Part shown: positions 1 through 7,260 of the stretch, in pieces
Layout of the letters: every line of letters starts with the position of its first letter
Numbering within the stretch: position 1 is the first letter of the stretch
Origin: Candidatus Jordarchaeales archaeon
GTDB lineage: Archaea > Asgardarchaeota > Jordiarchaeia > Jordiarchaeales > Freyrarchaeaceae
Reading direction: 5' to 3'
Assembly: GCA_038858525.1 (NCBI GenBank)
Contig: JAWCFL010000040.1
Span: 3,832 to 12,619, forward strand
DNA: 8,788 nt
Program-made: the position numbers and the translations under genes
Notes under the pieces: generated by a model
The model's database searches: none
Seen by the model: only the letters and a program-made list of their open reading frames with translations
What the model was told of the DNA's origin: nothing

Positions 1-129
1 TAGGGCGAGCGGCGAAGACGAATAGAAAAACCACGCCAAGTTAAGGTAGTCCTGCATCATTCTAACGTAGAGTGGTGCGAGCGGCGACGACGCGTAGAGA
101 AGCCACAACATGTTAAGGTAGTCCTGCAT
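1..129. repeat. 72-bp period coding tandem repeat (at least 2 units visible)
   Basis: Positions 1-57 align without gaps to 73-129 with 47/57 identities, including exact GTTAAGGTAGTCCTGCAT at 40-57 and 112-129 and GCGAGCGGCGA at 5-15 and 77-87. Confidence 0.9.
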
Positions 130-354
130 TGCTGGGAAAACCACGTATAGGTACCATGGAAACTTGGGGTAGACCATTGTGAAGGGCGAAGAAGAGTAGA
201 GTAGCACGGATAACGCGAGGGTTAAAGTGCTCACGGCAGCTACCCCCAGCACTCCTAGGCCACCCAGCAGAAGCCAGTCCGCATCCACGGCAACTCTCCT
301 AGTGACTTCAACCTCCGCGACTTCCCCTCCAGACAAACCTGCCCACCCCTCCAT
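1..354 (-). CDS. Membrane protein with internal 24-aa tandem repeat (N-terminal part only; runs off the left edge). Start is ATG at 354 or TTG at 336
   Basis: Not in ORF track. Manual translation gives an open frame 354->1: MEGWAGLSGGEVAEVEVTRRVAVDADWLLLGGLGVLGVAAVSTLTLALSVLLYSSSPFTMVYPKFPWYLYVVFPAMQDYLNMLWLLYASSPLAPLYVRMMQDYLNLAWFFYSSSPLAL. Long hydrophobic segment (residues ~27-53), in-frame repeat, upstream GGAGGGGTG and TATA-like element. Confidence 0.8.
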   Translation of the reverse strand, partial: MEGWAGLSGGEVAEVEVTRRVAVDADWLLLGGLGVLGVAAVSTLTLALSVLLYSSSPFTMVYPKFPWYLYVVFPAMQDYLNMLWLLYASSPLAPLYVRMMQDYLNLAWFFYSSSPLAL

Positions 355-359
355 TCATA

Positions 360-373
360 TTTTAAAACCTTTT
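360..373 (-). promoter_or_regulatory. Putative BRE/TATA for the minus-strand membrane-protein gene
   Basis: Minus strand reads AAAAGG-TTTTAAAA (373->360), about 25 nt upstream of TTG at 336. Confidence 0.45.
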
Positions 374-504
374 AACCAGAACAAACTAATATAAATTTTT
401 TGTTGCTAGGCGCTTTCGCTTTACCGTAAAAACAGCGCTTAGAAGGTGCATCCAAAAAATAAAAAAGAGATGCTGTAAGAAGTCTTGGAAGAAGCGTTAA
501 AAAG

Positions 505-1083
505 GTGGATGCGCTGCTCGGCTCCTTAAAGGCGATGATGCTTAACAGGAAGGCGTCTAGTTCAGGGAGTAAGCCTAGCGAGGTCCTTAAGGCGCTGGGA
601 TTAAAGCGGGGGCAGTGGGTTGCGGACGTAGGGGCGGGCGGCGGCTTCTTCACATTCAAGTTCGCCGAAGCCGTGGGGGAATCGGGAAAGGTTTTCGCTG
701 TCGACACGGAGAAGGAGCTCCTAGACTTCATCAGGAAAAACGCTACTAGGAAGGGCTTAGTTAACATTCAAGTTGTCCACGCGCCGAAAGATGAAGTCCC
801 ACTTCCCGAGGGAAGCATAGACCTCATATTCATGAGGAACGTCTACCATCACCTTGAAAACAGGGTCAATTACGTCAAGCAGCTGAAGCGCCTCCTAAAG
901 CCAAACGGGAAAATCGCGATAATAGAGTACAGGAAGGCAAGGCACCCGTTGCTTCTCCATGGTCCACTCAAACACTACGTTCCCCGAGAAGAAATAATAA
1001 AAGAAATGGAGGAGGCAGGCTATAGAAAACATGAGGAACATGACTTCCTCCCAGAACAGTCCTTCATAATTTTCTCCACCTAG
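505..1083 (+). CDS. Class I SAM-dependent methyltransferase (Methyltransf_11/31-like), substrate unknown
   Basis: Motif I VADVGAGGGFFT, acidic post-beta2 motif VFAVDTE, motif II SIDLIF, and RLLKPNGKIAIIEY. Start could be GTG 505 or the downstream ATG ATG. Confidence 0.92.
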   Translation: MDALLGSLKAMMLNRKASSSGSKPSEVLKALGLKRGQWVADVGAGGGFFTFKFAEAVGESGKVFAVDTEKELLDFIRKNATRKGLVNIQVVHAPKDEVPLPEGSIDLIFMRNVYHHLENRVNYVKQLKRLLKPNGKIAIIEYRKARHPLLLHGPLKHYVPREEIIKEMEEAGYRKHEEHDFLPEQSFIIFST

Positions 1084-1261
1084 GTTGGACGTTGAAACGA
1101 ATCAAGGGACTAAAGTAGAGAGATTGATGGGAGAGACTTTTTGAAGTATCGCTAGCGAGTGAAGGTCGGCGTATTTGAGTGGCAGACTGTCGAGTTCACT
1201 GGGCTTCCAGCACAAGGAATGCTGACAGTGTGAGAGCCACTAATACGAAATAAGCAATACT

Positions 1262-3703
1262 CTAGGCTGATTTTTCAATACCTTCCCCCCTCCACTTTTC
1301 CGGTTTAGCGGCGAACTTGGCTTCATCACGCTCTACAACTCCCCCCTCCTCTTCGAGCCGTATGAAACCTACCAACAGTAAAATGTATCCTATTGCTAAA
1401 ATAAACAATAACAGAAGAAAGGTTTGCCCTCCTACTATTACTAGTGAACTTATTGGATATCTCATCCAGTTCATGCTAAGGAGGCTTATGGTTCCGACAA
1501 AGTAGCTCATCCTTAAAGTGTATAGTAGGAGGAGAGAGAAAAATGTCGATTTTATAATTCCAGTGTAGTCGATGTACAAGAATGTTAGGGCGGCTCCAAT
1601 CAAAAAAGCTAGAAATATGCTGATTGTGAGAACCACGACAGACGCATCCTTAACTAGGCTGGGAAAGTTTCTGCTCAAGAGGAAAACGGAGAGACCAGTC
1701 AGTAAAGTGCATAGGACAAGAAAAATCATGAAAAGCCATAAGAATGTTGGGTTAATTGCCAAGTAAAGGATAATATAACTGGACGGAAATTGAGAGGCTA
1801 AAAGGGCATTTTTGTAAAATATCAGTTTGAAGGGGGAACCAACAATAGTGAAAAACGATAACTTGACGTCTGGCGCCTTCGCTGAGAGCAACAGAAAGTA
1901 GGAGGATAGGAAGGCTGTAGCTGGAACCACGTTGATGAGTCTCTTTCCTTTCTCAGAAGCGAAGGCATGCCCGGAAAGACCTATAAGGAGCGCTCCCGTC
2001 GAAAGGAGAGCACCTGCCAGTAATGAATATTTAAAGTAAGATTCAAACCCCTTAAAAACGTAAGGGAATGAAAGCATAAATGGAGGATAGTATATGTAGT
2101 AATAGTAACCGAAGTATGCTGCTGGCGTTGGATAGATATTAGAGATTAATGGTGGTGCCGACTGAATGAAGTAAACTATGAGTAGTAGTGACACGTTGAA
2201 TCCAGCGTCTTCGCTCTCCGTAAGGCAGAAGGGAAGTAAAATAATGGTTGCTGCGAAGAGAAATGCTCCCGCGGCGCCTAGTTTTTTGTATCCTCTCTTA
2301 ACATGCTCTCTTGCCCTCAGGTAGACCACAAAGGCTGCAAGGAAGATGGGCGCCATTATAGCAGTTTGACTGAGCATTACTTGGTTGGACCAGCTGGTTA
2401 AAGTGAGGAGTAAAGCTAGAATCGTTTGGAGGCTGAACGTGAAAACGTTAACGTCGTTGTCAGTAAAGGTGTTGTCTCTTATTTCGGCATCCGAAAACCA
2501 CACAAATACTCCATACTTGCAGTTAGAGATCTCATTACCTGTAATGGTCGCCCTGCCGGACTCGACAAGGTAAAACCCGTAATATGTGCCTTTAACGGTG
2601 TTGCCGGCGAACAGGTTCCGACCAGACTGCACGACCAGGAATCCATGCATACTCCCTTCGACCATATTATTTGTGAAAGTTCCATTTTCCGAGACCACCA
2701 CGTAGAAAGAGTGTTTGCATCCCTCCGCAACGTTACCAGTAACGTTGTTCCCTTCTCCGCCAACCGTGAATCCTATATCCGCCTCTGAAGCCCTGTTGTT
2801 CTCCACAAGGTTCCCGTCACCATACACGGTCACAGCGTGTTTGCAGCGTGAAAAGTTACACCCCGAAACCAAGTTACTCGAGCCATAAAGTGCCGCACCC
2901 CCCTCAGCATGTTCAACGATGCACCCCTCAACAGTATTCTGGGAGGAAACAAGGTGGATGCCGTAGTCGCAGTTCACAACTCTGCAACCTCTCAGGTTAA
3001 CCCACCCCTCACTCGCTACAACCCCATACACGCAGCTCTGAAAGAGAGAGTTCTCAATGGACACACCGCTCGCAGTCACTGTAACCCCCGCATAGCAGTA
3101 TGTAAAGGTGCAATCAATTATGGCGGTATTGCTTGATTTAACAAGCAGCCCGCCCTCAGAAACGTTTGAAACGTGGTCCCCCCATGTCTGTAAGTAGTAG
3201 CCGCATTTGCTTATGCTGGTGTTGGCAATGTAGACGCTGGCTTCCTCATGAATAGTGAGGAGGAAAGCTTTGTCGAAAGAGGAGATGCTTGAACCATTAG
3301 TAGCGTTAAACGCGCCATAAACATCTATCCGGTGCTCCCCATTAAAGTAACAACCAATGTTTATGGTGGAGTTGTTCAGGACAAGTGAACCTCCTGCTTC
3401 TACAGTGATATCTCCTCCCGAAACATTAAGCGTCACATTGGTGAGAGTGAGGCTCCCTCCACCCTTAACCACCAAACTCCCATCTAGAATTATTATCTTG
3501 TCCGAGTACTCCTCGGTTCCATTCACCTCCCAAGGCCCGGTCATGTTAATTTCCTTCGCTTCTAACTGAAACTGGAGATGAACAACACCGGAGTGAAACG
3601 TTGGCAGCGGCACCAGCTGACCGTGAGCTACAGAACAAGCTGCGAAAACCACAACGAGTAGAAGCGGAAATAACAGTAAAAATACACTAACTCCTCCCCT
3701 CAT
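1262..3703 (-). CDS. Secreted right-handed parallel beta-helix (NosD/CASH-like) domain fused to a multi-pass membrane domain
   Basis: Signal-peptide-like N-terminus (VFLLLFPLLLVVVFAACSVAHG); repeats such as GNLVENNRAS, GNNVTGNVAE, NGTFTNNMVE, RNLFAGNTVK, RATITGNEISNCKYG, EIRDNTFTDN; about a dozen N-x-S/T sequons; roughly 9-11 hydrophobic helices after residue ~420; RBS GGAGGAGG at 3709-3716. Confidence 0.85.
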   Translation of the reverse strand: MRGGVSVFLLLFPLLLVVVFAACSVAHGQLVPLPTFHSGVVHLQFQLEAKEINMTGPWEVNGTEEYSDKIIILDGSLVVKGGGSLTLTNVTLNVSGGDITVEAGGSLVLNNSTINIGCYFNGEHRIDVYGAFNATNGSSISSFDKAFLLTIHEEASVYIANTSISKCGYYLQTWGDHVSNVSEGGLLVKSSNTAIIDCTFTYCYAGVTVTASGVSIENSLFQSCVYGVVASEGWVNLRGCRVVNCDYGIHLVSSQNTVEGCIVEHAEGGAALYGSSNLVSGCNFSRCKHAVTVYGDGNLVENNRASEADIGFTVGGEGNNVTGNVAEGCKHSFYVVVSENGTFTNNMVEGSMHGFLVVQSGRNLFAGNTVKGTYYGFYLVESGRATITGNEISNCKYGVFVWFSDAEIRDNTFTDNDVNVFTFSLQTILALLLTLTSWSNQVMLSQTAIMAPIFLAAFVVYLRAREHVKRGYKKLGAAGAFLFAATIILLPFCLTESEDAGFNVSLLLIVYFIQSAPPLISNIYPTPAAYFGYYYYIYYPPFMLSFPYVFKGFESYFKYSLLAGALLSTGALLIGLSGHAFASEKGKRLINVVPATAFLSSYFLLLSAKAPDVKLSFFTIVGSPFKLIFYKNALLASQFPSSYIILYLAINPTFLWLFMIFLVLCTLLTGLSVFLLSRNFPSLVKDASVVVLTISIFLAFLIGAALTFLYIDYTGIIKSTFFSLLLLYTLRMSYFVGTISLLSMNWMRYPISSLVIVGGQTFLLLLFILAIGYILLLVGFIRLEEEGGVVERDEAKFAAKPEKWRGEGIEKSA

Positions 3704-3979
3704 AAAATCCTCCTCCGATGATAAAACGGCACTCTAAGAAAAAAATAATTCTTTTGTTTATGGCAAACGTAATACTTTCTTCCTGTTAAGAGAGCTAAAA
3801 GAAGACTAATGCCGTTATACCCTTCTTAGTCTCGCTACATTTTCCAGCGCCCAGATAGGAAACTTTGAATCTCCTTTCTACCAGTAATTATGCTTTCGCC
3901 TAGAAATGGCTAAAGCTAAAAGTTGAGAGTAATTGGTGATCGTTTGGGTTGAAAACGTGCTACGTGCTGAACGAACCCG

Positions 3980-4402
3980 CTACTTCACCTTCTCGCTTCT
4001 CCTAACAACGCCGGGTGAATCCAGCATGTGCTTCCATAATCCCTCACCAAAACTTATCACTTGTATACCCAAAGCATCTATTGTAACGTCGGTTATTAAC
4101 GGCTCATTCAAGCCTTCTTCGATGACCAGGTGCGCCCTTACGCTAGACAGAACTCCTTTCTCCCCCAGAAGTTGAAGGTCAACAGCATAGGGTAGAATGT
4201 ATGCCTGCCCGCGGGTGGAAGCCTCCTCAACTTCCACGACCTCGGCATTTTCAGGGGGCCAAACACCCAGCTCCTTAGCCACAGCCTCATCAACCACAAC
4301 TACAGGCTCCTCACTCTCAGCGCCACTATTCACAAGCACAACTTCATCCTTAGATTTGCCAGTTGACAGAGACTTAATCTTCACCTTTACCCTCACTACC
4401 AT
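3980..4402 (-). CDS. Retropepsin-like (clan AA aspartyl-protease fold) small protein with NSG in place of D[T/S]G
   Basis: 140 aa; VVLVNSGAE at the position of the hydrophobic-hydrophobic-D-T/S-G motif, followed by VDEAVAKELG and a late PLITDVTIDALGI segment matching the LLGRD-type second motif; GAGG RBS at 4407-4410. Confidence 0.7.
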   Translation of the reverse strand: MVVRVKVKIKSLSTGKSKDEVVLVNSGAESEEPVVVVDEAVAKELGVWPPENAEVVEVEEASTRGQAYILPYAVDLQLLGEKGVLSSVRAHLVIEEGLNEPLITDVTIDALGIQVISFGEGLWKHMLDSPGVVRRSEKVK

Positions 4403-4535
4403 AAAACCTCAACACGCCCACCTTTCTCTTAATAAGGTACCTCCCGAGCTTGATCCTCTTAGAGCTAAGCTTAACCTTACCGTCACGTAACCCCTCGATC
4501 AGACTTTTTGACACCCAATACTTCAACCAGTCCAC
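4374..4535 (-). CDS. Possible 53-aa basic small ORF
   Basis: GTG 4535 (or TTG 4526) to TAA 4374: VDWLKYWVSKSLIEGLRDGKVKLSSKRIKLGRYLIKRKVGVLRFYGSEGKGED; TTTTATAT box 26 nt upstream; overlaps the next gene by 29 nt; no recognised family. Confidence 0.25.
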   Translation of the reverse strand: MDWLKYWVSKSLIEGLRDGKVKLSSKRIKLGRYLIKRKVGVLRFYGSEGKGED

Positions 4536-4561
4536 CTCAAGGAAAAAAATGGCGGCAAGGC

Positions 4562-4569
4562 ATATAAAA
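4562..4569 (-). promoter_or_regulatory. TATA-like box
   Basis: TTTTATAT on the minus strand in the 264-bp gap between thiolase and the retropepsin-like gene; no good BRE seen. Confidence 0.35.
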
Positions 4570-4666
4570 CCTCATCGTACGGGCTCCCAAGAAAACTTAG
4601 CTCTATACAGCGTCAAAATTAGCTGTCAGTAGCCGTCCTCAACCAATGGCCTACCCTTGCAACCAC

Positions 4667-5830
4667 CTATCTTCGCCCCAGTATAGTCACTGAAGCAACG
4701 CTTGCCGGTCCTCCAAGGTTGTGCGCCAGCCCGATCTCCGGGTCCTCCACTTGTCTCCCGTCAGCTCTGCCTTGGAGCTGTTTTGTCACCTCGTATATCA
4801 TCCTGCAGCCTGTTGCCCCTATCGGGTGACCAAAGCACTTGAGCCCTCCCGAAGGGTTGACTGGTATCTCGCCTTCTATTGACGTGACTCCTTCGCGTAT
4901 GAGGCTCGCCCCCTGCCCTCTCTCGCAGAATCCTAAGTCTTGGTAGTTGAGCAGCTCTGTTATCGTGAAGCAGTCATGCACTTCGGCAAAATCTATCTCT
5001 TTACGCGGGTCCTTTATGCCAGCCTCCCTGTATGCTTCCTCAGCCGCCTTTCGTGTTGCCGGGAAGCCTAGGTAGTCGAACGAGGGCTTGAAGAACGGGT
5101 AAACGGTCTCGACGGCTAACCCGTTACCCTTAACGAGGACGTAGTCATCCCTGTACTGCTTGGCTATCTCTGGCCTAGTTATTATCACGGCTGCCGCCCC
5201 GTCGGACATGGCGCAGCAATCGTAGCGTCCGAGGGGCCACGCGATCATGGGAGCCTTGAGGACCTCCTCCACCGTCACTTGACGCCTGAAGTGGGCTTTG
5301 GGGTGAGCCGCCCCGTTATAATGGTTTTTCACAGCTACGAGTGCCAGGTCCTCCTTAGTCCAGCCGTACTCGTGGAAGCACCGTGTTGCGGCCATGGCGA
5401 ACATTCCGGGAGCCGAAACCTGCCCGTAGAACGGGTGCCCGAACTCGGTTAGTCCGGGTAGCCCCCTTGAGCCCTGGTCCATTAGCTTCTCGACACCGCA
5501 GGCCATTACTATGTCGTATGCCCCTGAAGCGACGGCGAAGCAGGCGTTCCTGAACGCGTCCATGCCTGAGGCGCAGAAGTTCTCAACCCTAGTTACTGGT
5601 TTGCCGTACAATTTGAGTGGCTCAGCGGCCGAGACCCCTGCGAGGCCGGTGAAGTAGTAGAATATGCCGCACCATATGGCGTCAACGTCGCGCGGCTCTA
5701 TTCCCGCGTCCTTGAAGGCCTCATATGAGGCATCAACTAGAAGGTCCTCCATGTCCTTCTCCCACAGCTCGCCGAACTTGGTGCACCCAACACCTATTAT
5801 CGCAACCTTATCCTTAATACTACCTCTCAT
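4667..5830 (-). CDS. Thiolase, SCP2/archaeal type (acetyl-CoA C-acyltransferase family)
   Basis: VAIIGVGCTKFG start, nucleophile motif ENFC86ASG, EVH285DCFT, NPSGGLKCFGH335PIGATG, AH370NLGG; RBS GGAGGTGA at 5835-5842. Confidence 0.95.
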   Translation of the reverse strand: MRGSIKDKVAIIGVGCTKFGELWEKDMEDLLVDASYEAFKDAGIEPRDVDAIWCGIFYYFTGLAGVSAAEPLKLYGKPVTRVENFCASGMDAFRNACFAVASGAYDIVMACGVEKLMDQGSRGLPGLTEFGHPFYGQVSAPGMFAMAATRCFHEYGWTKEDLALVAVKNHYNGAAHPKAHFRRQVTVEEVLKAPMIAWPLGRYDCCAMSDGAAAVIITRPEIAKQYRDDYVLVKGNGLAVETVYPFFKPSFDYLGFPATRKAAEEAYREAGIKDPRKEIDFAEVHDCFTITELLNYQDLGFCERGQGASLIREGVTSIEGEIPVNPSGGLKCFGHPIGATGCRMIYEVTKQLQGRADGRQVEDPEIGLAHNLGGPASVASVTILGRR

Positions 5831-7260
5831 TACTTCACCTCCACTTTCTCCCTCACTGGCCTAGCCTTCCAGTAGTAATGGTAAAATCCTTCACTCTCAT
5901 GAATTATTCTGAAAGTTAGCTCGACGGGCATCCCAACCTTCACCTCCTCCGGGTTGCAGTCCGTCATGTCGACGAAGACTCTCCCGCCCCCCTCAAGTTC
6001 TACGACGACTCGCGGAACCGGGGTGGCATAGTAATCGCCTCCAACAAGGTGGTCGAGCGTGAACGTGAAGATTGTTCCTCTCTTCGCCAGCCTGACCTCG
6101 TCGAAGTTGTCCTTTGACCCGCACTCGTAGCACACTCTGACAATCGGGTACTGGACTGCTCCGCAGCTCTTACACCTCACTCCCTTAAGGGGGAGAATCT
6201 CTTTCCTGTCCCTCCAGTAGGTCACGGTGGACGTTTTCCGGGTGAACCTCTGCTTGCCCAGCAGGTTCCTAAACCTTATATAGTCATCATAGTTCTTAAG
6301 CGGCTTCATCGTCTCCAAGTAGCCCTTCACGCCCCTTCTCGGAGCCTTCCTGACCTCTCCTATGTTTTCCCCGACTTCTAACAATATGGCGTCCCCTCCG
6401 TCTCCCACACCCACAACTATGAGCCGGTCGCCGGGCTTCGCTGTCTCCAGCGCTGAAGCGAGCATTATGAGAGGGTGCGGAGCGCCCGTTACCCCCAAGG
6501 AGAAAAATAATGTGTCCTGCAACTGCTCGAGCTTAAATCCGAGCATCTGAGCAACGGTCACGTGGCTTCTGGGCTCGGGAGCGTAGAGCACGAGTTTAGA
6601 AACGTCCTCCGGCTTTAATCCCGTCTTCGCCATGAGGCCAGCCACAACCTCCAAGGCGTTCCGTCCGTAGCCATACATCACATCGTGTCTTGCCTCAAAC
6701 TCCCTAACCCAAACGTCACCGCTCTTCCTCCACGGACCAATAAACTCGTCGCTCAACGTGTAGTAGTCCACTATCTTTACCGCCTCACCACCTTCCCCTA
6801 CAAGTACCGCCGCCGCCCCGTCCCCAAACTGGAACTCATACATGCTCTCAGGCTCAGGTATCCTGCAGTCAGCTGCAGCAACAAGGATCCTCCTAGCCCT
6901 CCCACTCCTAATGGTGTTGTAAGCAGCTATCAGGGCGGTCGTCCCCGCCCTCAGAGAACCGGTGAAATCAACAGTCATCGCCTCCCTTCTCACGTCAAGA
7001 GCCCATGCTATAGTCGGCGCATTCATCTTCTCAGCGTAAGGGGGAGTCGTTGTCGCGAAGAATACCCCGTCAACCTCACCCGGCTCCAGCCCAGCAAGAC
7101 AGTCCATTGAGGCCTCGACGGCCATCGTTACACTGTCCTCGTCGGCGCCAGCGACACTCTTACTCCCCGGAACAGAGGGGAAATCCCACGCCTTAGCAAC
7201 AAGCTCCCTGCTGAGAGCACTCAAGGGAATATAAGCACCATAGGAAACAATCCCAACCAA
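5830..7260 (-). CDS. HMG-CoA-synthase-like (thiolase-fold) domain fused to C-terminal DUF35 zinc-ribbon/OB-fold domain; synthase catalytic residues apparently absent
   Basis: GIVSYGAYIP, DEDSVTMAVEA, FGDGAAAVLVG, VGVGDGGDA are HMGCS/KAS III-fold motifs; C363-xx-C366...C377-xx-C380 ribbon followed by GTIFTFT...PVPRVVVELEGGGRV...VKVGMPVELTFR...YYWKARP is DUF35. TTG start with GGAGAGGGG at 7264-7272; TAA overlaps the thiolase ATG (TAATG). Confidence 0.9.
   Translation of the reverse strand: MVGIVSYGAYIPLSALSRELVAKAWDFPSVPGSKSVAGADEDSVTMAVEASMDCLAGLEPGEVDGVFFATTTPPYAEKMNAPTIAWALDVRREAMTVDFTGSLRAGTTALIAAYNTIRSGRARRILVAAADCRIPEPESMYEFQFGDGAAAVLVGEGGEAVKIVDYYTLSDEFIGPWRKSGDVWVREFEARHDVMYGYGRNALEVVAGLMAKTGLKPEDVSKLVLYAPEPRSHVTVAQMLGFKLEQLQDTLFFSLGVTGAPHPLIMLASALETAKPGDRLIVVGVGDGGDAILLEVGENIGEVRKAPRRGVKGYLETMKPLKNYDDYIRFRNLLGKQRFTRKTSTVTYWRDRKEILPLKGVRCKSCGAVQYPIVRVCYECGSKDNFDEVRLAKRGTIFTFTLDHLVGGDYYATPVPRVVVELEGGGRVFVDMTDCNPEEVKVGMPVELTFRIIHESEGFYHYYWKARPVREKVEVK
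5835..5842 (-). promoter_or_regulatory. Shine-Dalgarno GGAGGTGA for thiolase, embedded in the 3' end of the upstream gene
   Basis: GGAGGTGAAGTAATG on the minus strand; stop/start overlap at 5830. Confidence 0.85.

Noticed and set aside
1-129. CRISPR array interpretation of the 18-bp direct repeat
   Set aside because: Sequence between the copies is also homologous, the period is a multiple of three and lies in an open frame.
372-767. 131-aa minus-strand ORF
   Set aside because: Antisense shadow of the methyltransferase, extending into promoter sequence; no family features.
1084-1261. Possible gene remnant or sRNA between convergent genes
   Set aside because: Only short frames (up to ~24 aa) with no recognisable similarity; no C/D boxes or convincing structure.
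1400-2400. Lower GC (spot counts 33-42% versus ~58% in a thiolase sample) as a sign of horizontal transfer
   Set aside because: Largely explained by Phe/Ile/Leu/Tyr-rich membrane helices; no integrase, IS ends or target duplications seen. Only 60-nt samples were counted.
1317-3569. Plus-strand ORFs 1317-1505, 1572-1766, 2385-2573, 2426-2788, 2909-3136, 3357-3569 and minus-strand 2479-2763
   Set aside because: All lie within the well-supported 813-aa gene, antisense or out of frame, with no recognisable motifs.
3803-3832. AGACTAA-N16-TTAGTCT inverted repeat
   Set aside because: A 7-bp arm with a free spacer is expected by chance in an intergenic region of this size; no second copy seen.
3933-4632. 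Plus-strand ORFs 3933-4175, 4197-4490, 4450-4632
   Set aside because: Antisense to the retropepsin-like gene or intergenic; Ser/Thr-rich composition is what the reverse of Val/Glu/Gly codons produces.
5830-7260. Annotation as a functional mevalonate-pathway HMG-CoA synthase
   Set aside because: Catalytic Cys, Glu and His positions appear substituted and the context is beta-oxidation-like.
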